Shown: in pieces, positions 1 through 12,900 of the stretch
Numbering within the stretch: the stretch's first letter is position 1
Layout: the number at the start of each line of letters is the position of its first letter
Assembly: GCF_964188315.1 (NCBI RefSeq)
Contig: NC_135667.1
Span: 14,694,001-14,758,000 of the forward strand
DNA length: 64,000 nucleotides
Reading direction: 5' to 3'
From: Podarcis muralis
Lineage: Eukaryota
Translations under genes and position numbers: made by a program
The notes under the pieces: model-generated
What the model saw: the letters and a program-made list of their open reading frames with translations, nothing else
Databases searched by the model: none
What the model was told of the DNA's origin: nothing

Positions 1-499
1 CACTGTTGGCCAGAATGGACAGTATTCACTCATTCTAGATGGACTAATGGCATGACTCAGTAGGACAGCTTACTATATTCCTTGTATTTGCCATATAGTA
101 TCCTTTTGGATTACAGTACCTACTTGCCACTATATTAACATCATTGAATGTGAATTTGCAATAATTTGTAGTTTGAAAAATGCCACACTTTAAAAAATCT
201 ACAAAAAGGGACATATGGACACTATCGAACATATGAGTGCACCAGGAAAATCTACTCAAGCGGCTTCCAAGTGTGACTACCTTGAGAAGATGATGCACCA
301 GGGTTCCTGGTTTATTCTATTTCACATGAGAAATTACTCTATAAGGGTGGGCATTGAAGATGGCCACATTCATACATGAAGACCTTCCCATGTGAATATC
401 CAAGTGGACTACAATTTGTATGGCGAGGTTAAGTAATGACTGTTTCTAAACTGCAGGAAGTTAAAGCTGTTTTCAAGCAGAAACAATACCATGTAAAAT

Positions 500-890
500 C
501 ATAGCATCATAGACTCTTAGAGTTGGAAGGAACCCAAGAGTCATTTAGTCTCCACTAAAGAATCCATAACAGAAGGCCATCCAACCTCTGTTTAAAAATA
601 TGCAATAAAGGAGAGTCCAGAACCTCCCAAGGAAGACTGTTCCACTGTCAAATAGCTCTTACTGTCAGGAAGTTTTTCTGTGTGTTTAGTTTGAATCTCC
701 TTTCTTGTAACTTTAAGCTACAGTATGGGGTCAAGGCCTACCCTCCAGAGCAAGAGAAAACAAACCTGCTCCATCTTCCATGTGGCAGCCTTTTAGATAT
801 TTGAAGATGGCTATCATATCTCCTACCATTTTCCTCTTTTCCAGGCTAAACATACCTAGTTCCTTCAACCTTTCCTCATACGGTTTGATT
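500..890 (-). mobile_element. Old CR1 LINE 3' end fragment
   Basis: Degenerate match to the younger CR1 3' ends at 17203 and 40250 (catag...agagttggaag..., cttactgtcaggaag, gaaaacaa..ctccatcttc); edges approximate. Confidence 0.65.
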
Positions 891-1634
891 CAAATAGTAA
901 AAGAAGAAAAGCAGAAGGGAGCATTGAAAAGAGGAGGACATACGAGGAGCCCATCATTAGTTTTTGAATTTGATACACTGGGGCTGTGTCAATACTGCAC
1001 AACCAAACATTTCAGATTTGAGATAAGTGAAGATCATGGTATAACATCCTGTCAAAATGGAAAGGTCGCTGCTCCTTTAGAGTATTGAAGAATTTTACAA
1101 AATCTCCAAATTATTAAAAATCCTTTTTCATACCATTCCCTGTTGAATATTCCTCAATGTATCAGTGAACTTAGTTTTGTTTTTGGATGCAGTAACAAAA
1201 AAATGCGGATGGAAAACTGCTGCAAAATGATGTTACAGGCCTTTGGCTATGGCACAAATTATTAGAAAGTCGCTGAATCCAACCTCATTTCATACTACGT
1301 CATTGCATTTTGAAAGTGCGAACTCAGTTTTGCTCCATTGATGTATTTACTGATTCATTCATTTTTGTTCAATTCCTCATATCAAAGTGAAGAAGATTCT
1401 TTTAAAAAACTATTTAAATATATGTTTTTCAGGCGTCAGAAATCTGTATATTATAATATACAAAGCATAAAGGAGCTGTATGTTTTGTGGATTGTATTTG
1501 AAATACTTCCCCAATTGCCTTCATCACTGAGGGAGTGGAGAGGCTCATACGCAGCTATTGGGTGGCATCTGAGTCCTAAAGCTCACACATAATTCATTGC
1601 ATTTGATTGGTAATAAACATAAGCCATATGTTAC

Positions 1635-4556
1635 CTGCCATGGTTGAACATTCAGAAGATCTCCTATAGCTTTGTGTTTAGTTTTTGATGAGTACATGGC
1701 ATGGAGAGCATGTGCTACAACGTGGACAGAGTTGTAGATACTGTAGCTCTGGCCAGACATTTCCATTTCAAACACAGCTCCAGGGAGGCCCCCCAACTTT
1801 TCCTTTCCAGTGCAGTTTGTCATATATACATAATACTTTGGGAGTGAGCAGGCAAACGCACTGCACCAGAATTCCTGGATGAAATAAATTGAAGACTCAT
1901 ATGGATTTATGTTCGCAATAAAATCATGAAACCCTGGAACTACGTTTTTGTGGAGTGCGAAGGACAAAGTACCATTGAGGGATTTTGCTGGAAATTTATT
2001 CCAAGTTAAAATAGCTGTGAAATCCCACTGAGATGTTATGAGCCAAACCTTCTCCATTGGTCGCAGATGAACAAATTCACTGTAATCTAAGACTATTTGT
2101 AAACCAGCCATAGAGTGAGCATCTCCGTAAACAACTATGACACTGATGTTATTTAACTGGAGCACAAAACTTATCCTTTCATTGTATTTTTTACGGTTTT
2201 CGGGTGTGTGACTTATCACTATTGGAACTGATTGTATTACAGCAACACAAATACCACTCTGAGAGAGCTTTGGTCTCATAGTCTGAATAAATGTTTCTCC
2301 GCTGTCATCATCTGAGGTGAGAAGGCCAATCCAGTTCCATTCAAAATAATTCAGTAGCTGGACAATCCCATCATATTGGGGGTTTTCATTTGGAGCCATC
2401 CGGAAGAAAGAAGGAAACTGGGTTTTATCACTCATCACAGGGTCAAAGGAGCCATAAGTTAGCTAATAACAATAAGAATATAGGTATGGTTAAAACTGCA
2501 AAACTATATGCTGTCTTTGAACAAACAAAAAGTACAGCTTGAATTTGCATGATTTTATATTCCAGCAAATATCATTGGTGCAATCTAGGTTCACACACAA
2601 AGTAGATTATGAGCAGGAAGCTGGAGAAACACAATAACTCAAGCCTAGAAAAAAGTGACTAGGGATAGCTAAGGTCCTCTTCTTCCAAGAAACCTATAGG
2701 AATTATGAGATGTGTTCTAGAGGACCCCACTCAGAGGATCCATTAGAGTTCTTGGCCCTTTAATTTCTGAGACGACCACAAGAGGGGTGTTGGATGGGAA
2801 CATGCACAGGTCAATTGCATCTATACTACAACTCTGCATAAAAAATTGAAGACATACCTGTGGAATTTTGTAGGTATTTAAGATGCTGGCTATCTGTATT
2901 GAGCTTTGGGAGGTGAGCCCACCAATAATAGCCATTAACTTCTTCTCCCTGCCACATTTGTAATTGTAGGGATCTCTATGTCCTGTGAAGAGAAGATCCA
3001 GAGTGGCCCAATAGGTAAACATGGAATGAAATGCGTTGTCATAGATATCTGATACCAGTGTGGTGTTTGGTAAGAGGCGATTATTCTTGTTGACCTCTTG
3101 AATGGCAAAAACACAGGCAAGGACATGCTGGTAGTTTTTTGGCATTAACCTGGAATGAGATTTCCACAGGTCATTAAATTTAAACTACTTACAGATACAA
3201 AAGAGAGAGGTGGCGTCTCCCTGCCTGATTTGAAATTGTATTATGAAGCTTCTTGCCCTTGTTGGTTAAGGGACTGGATTTTGTTGGAGAACACCAATCT
3301 ATTAGATCTGGAAGGATTTGGTAACAGATTCGGATGGCAAGCATATTTATGGTATGATAAGGTAAAAGTTCATAAAGGATTTGGGAACCATGTATTTCCA
3401 AAGTCATTGTATGAGGTGTGGGATAGATATAAGAATTTATCAGAACATAAGACACCATGGTGGCTATCGCCTCTCAAGGCAATGAGTGTGAAAAAATATG
3501 AGTAAAAAATGGGCCACCTATGAGCAATTAGTGAAGGAGATGGATAAGCAACGGAAATTAAAACCATACGAGGAGGTTAAAGGTTTTGTGAATGACTGGT
3601 TGCATTATCGTCAAATTAATGAAATGTTTAAAGATGGTAAAAAGAAAAATGGATTTGGATATATAAAATTGAGATTTGAATTAGAATTATGAAATAATAA
3701 AGTTAAAATATTACCTAAAATGTATAAATTATTATTGGAATGGCTTTTGAAAGATGAAGAAGTTAAATCAGTTATTGGGCAAAAGATATTGGCCAAAATA
3801 TACAGTTAGAAGATTGGGAAAAATTATGGAAAGTGGGAATAAATATTGTTAAGCAAAACATTATTGCTGATCTGATTTAAATAACTCAAGAGATTTACCA
3901 ATTGATCCTAATTTACCTTCTCCCTGCCTTACTCTACAGACCTGAGATTACTCAGTGTGTTTTGCCTGCTCCAGCAGAGTAAATAAGCTAGAAGCCTGCA
4001 GAATTAATGTATGTCCCTCCGTGTAGATGCAAGATTAGCCCTCCCATGATCTTTGATTGCTGTATTTTTTGTAGATGGTGGCTGAATGTGGGGAGAGATG
4101 CTACCCATGTGTGTGATGTGATATGAAATCTCAACTGTGATCTTTTAAAGGCCCATTCAGAAATGTAAATCATCAACTGATGCTGCAGGCAGTGAAAGAT
4201 GAAGAACATTGTCTGAATTCTACACTTGAAAGCTTTATACTCGAGGTTTAGTTCAGAGCAGGGCAGAATTTTTAAAAAAAAGACAGAACAACTTACCAAG
4301 ACATTGGGTTGGACTCTGGCTTAGCCTTATAGTTGAACAGAAACATTTCAGCAAGTCGCACAGAAACAAATTCCCCAATGACAATATTATCTCTGGAGTT
4401 AGAAAAACTGTTTTGAACTTTTTCTTGTGCACTGTAAGTAGAGTTCAAACTCTGGCTGCACGCAGGAGTCAAGAGGAGGAGAAGCAGAAGGAGCAGTAGC
4501 AAAACAATTCTGAATGCCAGCAAATGTCTTCCCCACTCCCAGCTGTGTACCTGCAT
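1635..4556 (-). CDS. Vomeronasal type-2 receptor V2R-A, partial (exons 1-3; exons 4-6 not found in window, presumably off the left edge)
   Basis: Exons 4297-4556 (MQV...poly-Leu signal peptide, GTAAGT donor, phase 2), 2858-3149 (292 bp, LMPKNYQH...YKIPQ) and 1635-2462 (LTYGSFDPVMSDK...QPWQ). AG/GT boundaries and phases agree (TG|G = Trp). Confidence 0.9.
3173..3850 (+). mobile_element. L1-clade LINE ORF2 fragment (post-RT region), degraded
   Basis: Translation KFKLLTDTKERGGVSLPDLKLYYEA...GWQAYLWYDK resembles the L1 GGLxLPDxxLYY motif; frameshifted; antisense in V2R-A intron 1. Confidence 0.8.
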
Positions 4557-6191
4557 TTTCCCCTACACATCGCTCTTGCAATCAACAACTGTCTTTATAG
4601 GAACTGCAGGAACCCATCCACAAAGGACTAAGATCCCTGTACCAATATACAGATGACACAGACCTTTGCTAGGAACTTCCTAGATCTGTGGAGGATTTTT
4701 CACCATCAAACCAATGAATAAACAAATTCCAACCTGGGCTTTGGGTCTAAGGGATGAAGTCACAAAGTTCTATTTAACATCACACTGCCTGCCTCAGATT
4801 AATTCCTCTTCCCTCTGTAGCATGCCCTGATCTGGCAAGACTCTTTATACAATGTGTAATGTATAGCAAAGTGTAAGCTACTGTGCTGAATCTTATGTTT
4901 TTCTTCTTAATTCTGACTAGCCATAAAGTGTTAATGAGAAGCAGAGTTCAGTTATAGTGATTTTGATTATTATAGGGCTCATAATCACCTTTCCCAAGGG
5001 TGTAAGTCCCTACACAACTAAAGAAAACACATTTCAGGGATCTGAACATACTAGTTAGGACCTGCTTTCCACTGAGGGAGTGACAGGTCTTAGTTAACTC
5101 TAATGCAACCATGATGCATGCTGGGTAAGGGGCCTAACTTTCTGAATAGATCATGAGTGGCCTATGCGTTGTGGGAAGAAAGATGCCAAAAAAGGAAAGG
5201 CCCATAGAAAACTAGTCTAGGACCTTACAAAGTAATCCTAATCCAAGTTAGGCAGCAGTGGGGTGTAACAGAGTAATTTATGCTTCTTCTTTCACCTTAA
5301 TATCCAGTCCAGTCACTTCCCCATTCTGCCTCTAGGAGTCCAAGTGCCCTGATGTTCCAGGGTCAGTCGCAGAATTACAAACGCCATCCTGGCTTCTGAG
5401 TTGATCCTGGAATGTCCCTATTTCCCCCACCAGAACCCCAGCTGAGGAGCTCAGGGAGAAGCGGGAGTCAGTGCTTATCCTGAGCAACAACAGCAGCTAT
5501 GGCTGCAAGGGAGCATCCCATGGCCTCTCCATGGCTGCTCCTTCCAGTCTCCTCCCTTGGCTAGCTGATAGCAGATTCTGGAGAGTGGGTGAGAAGGAGG
5601 AGAGCCTGCAGCCTCAGACACTCAGCCCCGTGTGATGTGCCGGCTCTGAGAAGCAGGCAAAGGGAGGGGCTCCAGGGGGGACCTGAGGCAGGGGACTTAA
5701 ACTGGATCCTAGCCCCATTCCTTGTGGTTGGGAAGTAATATAACTTTACCCTGACTTAGGTTACACCAGCTTACTTCACACCAGCTTCTTGTGCATAAAA
5801 TGGCTCCCTCAAATCTCCTTGGATGCAAATGCAAGATAAGCATTTTCAGTGGCTACACCAAGGTTTTGGAATTGCCTCCCTCAGGAGCCATACTTCCCCC
5901 CACACCTCTTCTGACATTCCTTTATCAGATGTGCCTTCCTTTCTCCATTTTTTATTAAAAGATTTCCAAAGGGAAAATGTGAGAAAAGAAAAAAGAAAAA
6001 GAACTCTCATTGTGTTGTTGGTGTTTTGATGTTTATTGCACACTTTCATTTATAACATCGTACTTTGTCTTTTGATGACATTTCTTGTCCTAAGCCATTT
6101 AGTTGCAAAGAGGAATGCAAATGTCCTTAACAAACAGAAGAACTACTCATAAATCATGAATGCAGATGTAAAGCTATAAAGGTCTCTAGAG

Positions 6192-6305
6192 CAGGCATAG
6201 GCAAACTCGGCCCTGGCTATGATCCCTGGCTAACAGGAACAGTGGTCAGGGATGATGGGAATTGTAGTCCCAAAACATCTGGAGGGCCGAGTTTGCCTAT
6301 GCCGG
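6192..6305. mobile_element. hAT (Charlie-type) MITE, internally deleted
   Basis: TIRs caggcataggcaaactcggccct / agggccgagtttgcctatgcc; perfect 8-bp TSD CTCTAGAG (6184-6191, 6306-6313). Confidence 0.8.
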
Positions 6306-6966
6306 CTCTAGAGTATTGAAGGTGTAACATAAATAAGGACTCCATGTTGACACTGGTCTTCTGCTTTCATTGCACATCAACTAAGCCAGCAACAACCTTG
6401 GGTGAAAGGAAAGGAGCCAGTTTAGGAAAACTTCTAACAGTTAGGAGCGTTCTACTCTCGTGTAGGACCCTGCAAGAGACACATGCCCGACTGGCATGTT
6501 CTCTCCCTCCTGGTCGGTTGTTCAGGAGCTTCAAAAGCTTTCTTCATCCCAAACACCACAGCGACTGATACAGGAAGGCATTAGCATGCTTAGGATCCGC
6601 AGAGTATTCACAGTTTGCATAACAGAACTCAGTAGCACAGCATTTTGGCTAATCTACCTTTATTTACATATAATACACTAGGAGCATTCTGACTTAGCTC
6701 CTTCTGTTTCTCATCAGACAGCAAAGAGAGAAAGAACAAAGGACAATAGTCCCACATCACGGAACACAGTAACACAAACATCCTGTCTCCATCACTTCCT
6801 ACACTGTGGAATGAAAACATACATTGTCATGTGATAGACAATGATCTCATGACTGCAGACATGGAGCGGGAATCTCAACATCTAACATGATTAGCCAGTA
6901 TCTCCTTACATTGGAACATCATGTTTCCCAATTCACTCCTTCTCAGGAGGAGGTCAAGTTCCCGCC

Positions 6967-9900
6967 TCAAGCACTGTTTGTCTTCCTTACTAAGTGCTCT
7001 CTGGTATTTAGGTCAGGCCTTAGGAAAAGTATATATAACTTAGGAGAAAAAATGAAGCCCAACAAACTAGCACTAGAAATCAAGATGGAGAAGACCTCCA
7101 CGGCCACCATGTATTTCCCTTTGGTGCTCAGGTAGGTGGGCACAAAGGACACCCAAACACTGCAAAACACCAACATGCTGAAGGTGATGAGCTTGGCTTC
7201 GTTAAAGGTATCAGGCAGCTTCCTTGCTACGAAGGCCACAGTGAAGCTGGTGATGGCTAGGAGACCCATGTAACCCAGAACAATATAGAACATGACATCG
7301 GAGCCTTCGCTGCATTTCACTATTATCTGACCAACCTGAGAATGTGTGTCCAGTTCTGGGAAAGGAGGAAAGGTGCTCAGCCACACTACACTAATGACCG
7401 TTTGAATGAGAGAACAGAGAATGACGACTGAAACGGCCAGCTTTTTCCCAACCCATTTCCTCATCTTGTTCCCTGGTTTTGTGGCCATGAAGGCCAGAAC
7501 CACAATGATTGTTTTGGCCAACACACAAGAAACAGCCATGGAAAAGACGATGCCAAACGTTGTTTGCCTCACAAGGCAGGTCACCTTCCCGGGCATGCCG
7601 ATAAATAAGAAGGAGCAGAGAAAACAGAGCAACAGGGAGATGAGGAGGGTGCAAGTGATGTTCCAGTTGTTGGATTTGACAATAGGAGTACTGCAGTGCA
7701 GAATGAAGGCTGCCATCACTGCAATTGTGAAAACCGAAAGGCAAAGAGCCAGGGAAACCAGAACTCTTCCCAAGGGCTCCTCATAGGATAGGTAGCTGAT
7801 GCTTTTGGGAATACATTTGTCCTGGCTGTTGTTTGGATACTGATCTTCTGGGCAGTCCTCACATTGGTCTGCATCTGAAAGTAATGGAATCCAGTTTGTT
7901 GAGTCTTCAGCATGTGCAACAGTTGTTCTCTCAGGGCGTTATATGTCAAAGAGGATTGACAAAAACCAATTCAATATTTGTCTTTGTCTTTAACATTATT
8001 TTATTTTTTCTTGTTTTTGCACAACACAGAACTAATAATAATAATAATAAATGTTATTAAAAGATTTTTAACTTGTAAATTTTATTAACTTACTTGTACC
8101 AAATTTTATTAACTTACTTGTACCAAACCCCATCCACAGTTTAAATGATTGAAAGAAAATACAAGTTCCATACTTCAATTGTCTTCTCTTTTCACAGCAA
8201 AGTGCAGAGACCAGCTCATTGGCTGGTTATGGAGATGATTTACATCAGGCATAGGCAAACTCCAGCCCTCCAGATGTTTGGGACTACAATTCCCATCATC
8301 CATAGCTAATAGGATCAGGGATTATCAGAATTGTAGTCCCAAGCAACTGGAAGGCCGGAGTTTGCCTATACATTGTGCTGTGCTATCAAACTTAATGGAC
8401 ATGTAACAGAATGATTGATGGCAACTCTTAAGCTTTGTGCTAATTTTTGAAGCAAAGCTTCAAAATCAAAAACATTTCTTTTCTTTTTTGCCACATAGCT
8501 CTATTTTTCTTCACTTACCCATCTGGATTGAAATCCTCCCACTTGGGCATGGTACACAGTCATAGCAACAGATTTGCTCCCCCTGCTTGGGAAACATGCT
8601 TTGTCCAGGATAGCAGTGCTCCACACATGAGGAACTGGGCGGGGTCTAATAGGAACCAGAAGAAAAGGCATTCAGAATGGAAATGGAACTTCTTTTTTAA
8701 CACTAGTCTAAGTCTTACTATCATCTTTATGGCACTCTAACAAAGCACATTCTCAGGAGTCAGCATTTGGGTGCATTGTGGGGTATATGCCAAGGTCTTA
8801 GTGTAGCGGTTGTCAGCCCATGTACTGCCTTTCCTCCAAAGCAACCTAGTTTCAACACACACCAACTTCTCTACCCTTTTTCAATATCCAAGGAAGCAAG
8901 AGACATTATCATAGAGCAAGGACACAAGGCAGGGCCAGTAGAAGGTGTGGCTGGGAGGGTGGTGACCTGGGAAGAGTCTCAAAGACCCAATAGAAATGCT
9001 TGAACTTCTGGTTTTAGGTGTGCTCACCACAGGGTGCAACCCCCTGGAAACCATGGGAGGCAGTGGGGTGCTGTGAAATATTTCGTAGCAAAAGTCTGAG
9101 CAAGCCAAGGAGCCTTTGAGAGAGCAGTGGATGTGCAGTGGGGAGCTGTTTGCATTCCAATGGTCCCACATTTAATATTGAGCATCTGCTGGTTGGGTCA
9201 TTTCTCCTGTGAGAGCACTGTTGAATCCTCCTGCTTCAGGGGTGAGGAAGAGGTCTGGATATGTTAATAAATTTACCTCCGCCATCTTGTGAGTCTCCAG
9301 GCTATTCTCACAAAATAGATATCAGTGGATGTAAAGAAGGAGAAGGTGGAGATCATTCTCACCTGATTTAACTTGTGATTCCACACAACAGCGCTGCCAT
9401 TCATGGTGAGCTCCTTCCCTGAAGGACTCAGGGGGTCCACCCATCCAACTTGGGCTCTCTGGAAAGACTCGTTGGGGAAAGTTACCAAGCTGATGAGATC
9501 ATATCCAGCTGCCAAGCCCCCATTCACATCAAAATAGATTTCTTCCCCAGCACTATTGTTAAAGTGGACGTTTCTCAGAAAAGGGTGAAGCTAGAATGGG
9601 AGAGAAATGTTGAGCAGACAATGGGAAATGGATTAATGTTTTTTTTTCTCTCAAATGAGCCCAAGTTGTGTCAAATAACTGCATTCCTCAGGTATGTGTT
9701 TCTGAAGCATTTCAAAGCAGTGTTATTGTTTTCTAAGAAAAGAAGAGGAGCCCTGCAGTATCAGACCAAAGGCATGTCTAGTCCAGTACCCAGGGAGAGT
9801 GAAAGCTCAGGCCTGAGGGTGCTAGTGGGGACAGAGAAACAACTTACTATCAGCATAGTCATCATTTGCAATCATCATTCTCTCACATGATTTATAACGC

Positions 9901-12900
9901 TCGGAAGTGTGTCTGATACATAGGCCCAAAAACACCCTTTTGGGCTCCAACATCTACAGCTCTGGTGTCAGCTGAACCAGGAGTTGTAGGTATCGCAAAG
10001 CCAATAGGAAGACCCTTTCAAAACCTCTTTAGCACAATACCAACAAACATGAATCTGAAATGGTCTGCCCTTGCCAGATATTCAAATCTCCTCCATCAAA
10101 AGAGATTTAGAAGATGAATAAAATAAGTAGTCCAAGAATGGCATATAGCCAATAATTCTTGTTGTTGTTTAGTCGTGTCCGACTCTTCGTGACCCCCATG
10201 GACCAGAGCACACCAGGCACTCCTGTCTTCCACTGCCTCCAAGAGTTTGATCAAACTCATGTTGGTAGCTTGAGAACACTGTCCAACCATGTCGTCCTCT
10301 GTTGTCCCCTTCTCCTTGTGCCCTCAATCTTTCCCAACATCAGGGTCTTTTCCAGGGAGTTTTCTCTTCTCATGAGGTGGCCAAAGTACCGAAGTCAATA
10401 CTAGAAGCTTCCAATTGGTCTCTGCAGCTCAGCAGCAGATCTCTGGACTTCAGGGTAGAACTATGTGCCAGGTCATGCTTCCAAAGACCCCTGCTTTCAC
10501 TAGAGAATACAGTAACAGGCTGGGATCCAAAGCATGTGAAGCATGTTATCCAGGGGTGACAATCCTAGGAACCCACCTCATTTGGGGGCCAAAATAATTT
10601 TGGGTGTGGGAGCCAAAATTGGGGGGCAGTGGATGCCAGCTCCTCCTCCTCCTTCTCGTCCTCCTCCTGCCCTGGATGGGAAGGCGGTGGAATGCAGCCC
10701 CTGACCAATGGTGGCAGCAGGAGAATGAAGAAGAGGAGGACAAGCTCCAGAGAGGAGATGCAAGCCAACCATTGAAGCCGCACTGTCACCACCTGGCTCC
10801 TCTCAACAACCTGACCTCATGCTGTGATGTCACACATGCATCATCCACACCCCACACCCATCTCCCTCACCAATTGGCACATCTGGTGTGATTTGTGTCT
10901 GAACTGTAGGTCTTCCTCTGCTCAGTGGCAGTACTAACATGGCTATTACCAACTACAAACCTAACCTTGGTGCTGTCGACGGTGACCCTTTGCTGGCGGA
11001 GGAGCTTAACCTCTTCTTTGCTCGCTTCGAGAAGGAGCCACCTGAGACGCCGGTATTACAGCCACCAGCCCATAGGGGCCCCTCATTCACGGTAGAGGAA
11101 CATGAGGTGAGACAGGTATTGAGGATGGCGAATCCGAGGAAGGCGGCTGGACCTGATGGCATCACTGGAAAGGTGTTGAAGGGCTGTGCGGATCAGCTGG
11201 CGAGGGTCTTTACTAAGATCTTCAATAAGTCCTTACACCAGTCTATTGTCCCACCCTGCCTGAAGTCGTCAACTATTGTCCCTCTGCCTAAAAAATCCAC
11301 AATCAGTAGTTTGAATGACTACAGACCAGTTGCACTGACTCCAATCATCATGAAGTGTTTTGAGAAACTGGTGCGCCGTCACATTATTTCCTGTCTTCCA
11401 TCAACTTTTGACAACTACCAGTTTGCATACAGGGCAAATAGATCCACAGAAGACGCTATCACCACCACTCTCCATGCTGCTCTGTCCCATCTGGAGCAGC
11501 CGGGGAGTTATGTGAGGCTGCTGTTTGTGGATTTTAGCTCTGCTTTTAACACTATCCTCCCCCATAGACTGGTGTCCAAGCTAGAGGCGATTGGACTCTC
11601 CAACTCCACCTGTCTCTGGGTTTTGGATTTTTTGTCAGAACGTTCTCAGAGGGTTAGAGTAGGGTCACATATGTCCACAGCCCTTAGCCTTAACACCGGC
11701 TCACCACAGGGTTGTGTGTTGAGTCCCCTGCTCTATGCTCTCTATACGTATGACTGTACAGCCATCTATTCCAGCAACAAAATCATCAAGTTTGCTGATG
11801 ACACTACGGTGGTAGGGCTCATTTCAGGAGGGGATGAGTCCGCCTATCGGGACGAGGTGGAGCGGCTCTGTGTTTGGTGTGGAGAGAACAATCTGGCTCT
11901 TAATACGGCTAAGACCAAGGAATTGGTGGTGGATTACAGGGGGAAAAAGGCGGACATTCAGCCCTTGTATATCAACGGGGAACGGGTGGAGAGGGTGGCG
12001 GAATTCAGGTTTTTGGGAGTAACTATCGATCAGGGCATGACTTGGAGCGCAAATACCACTGCTCTGGTGAAGAAGGCCCAGCAGAGAATTTATTTCCTCA
12101 GACTTTTAAAGAAGAACAATCTGAGTGAGAGACTGCTGGTGTCCTTCTACCGAGGCTCCATAGAGAGCATTCTTACATACTGTATTTGTGCTTGGTTCTC
12201 CAGTTGTACAGCTAGGGAGAGGAAGGTGCTCCAGAAGGTCATAACCACAGCCCAAAGGATTATTGGTCATCCTCTCCCATCTTTGGAAGAACTGTACGGT
12301 TCCCGTTGTCTTAGGAAAGCAAACAACATCCTGCAGGATTCATCTCACCCGGGACACAGTCTGTTTGCACTACTGCCTTCTGGCAGGAGATATAGAAACA
12401 TCAAGTCAAGGACAAATAGACTGAAAAACAGTTTCTATCCAAGAGCTGTGGCCTTTTTGAATGCTGTAACTCGATAGTGTGACCTGGGAGTTTGATGGGT
12501 GTTGGTGTGGGTGTGGCTGGAATGTGGTTTGTTTGGTTGTTGTTGTTGTTTTGCTTTTGTTGTTTTTAAGGGATGGCATCCAATTTCGTTGCACTTGTGC
12601 AATGTTGCACTTGTGTAATGACAATAAAGAATCTATTCTATTCTATTCTATTCTAAGCACCAGGAAATGTTGTGGAGGCCGTATGAAACAAGAAACAATA
12701 ATAACAGAAAACTGTGTTTCTGTGTTACTTTATTATGTCTTCTAATTTAATTGAGGAATCTGTAGCTACCTGCCAGGCCCCGACTTCAAGGATTCCCCTT
12801 GCTTTATGCTTGGCTCTTGAGGAATACATGGCATGAAGAGCATGGGCTACAGCATACACAGCATTGTAGATACTGTAGCTCTGGCCAGACATTTGCATTT

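Noticed and set aside
1-1634. Search for V2R-A exons 4-6
   Set aside because: No [13 protein letters not shown] or 7TM motifs on the minus strand here; the exons are presumably outside the window, so no truncation is claimed.
7406-7786. Antisense ORFs over the 7TM exons (also 22486-22866, 42285-42665, 58283-58663) and alternate-frame ORFs such as 7391-7744
   Set aside because: Shadow frames of V2R exon 6; they recur only because the exon is duplicated and conserved.
10560-10800. GA-rich ORFs with poly-Glu/poly-Leu (also 25640-25880)
   Set aside because: Low-complexity intronic sequence, open in several frames on both strands with no splice support.
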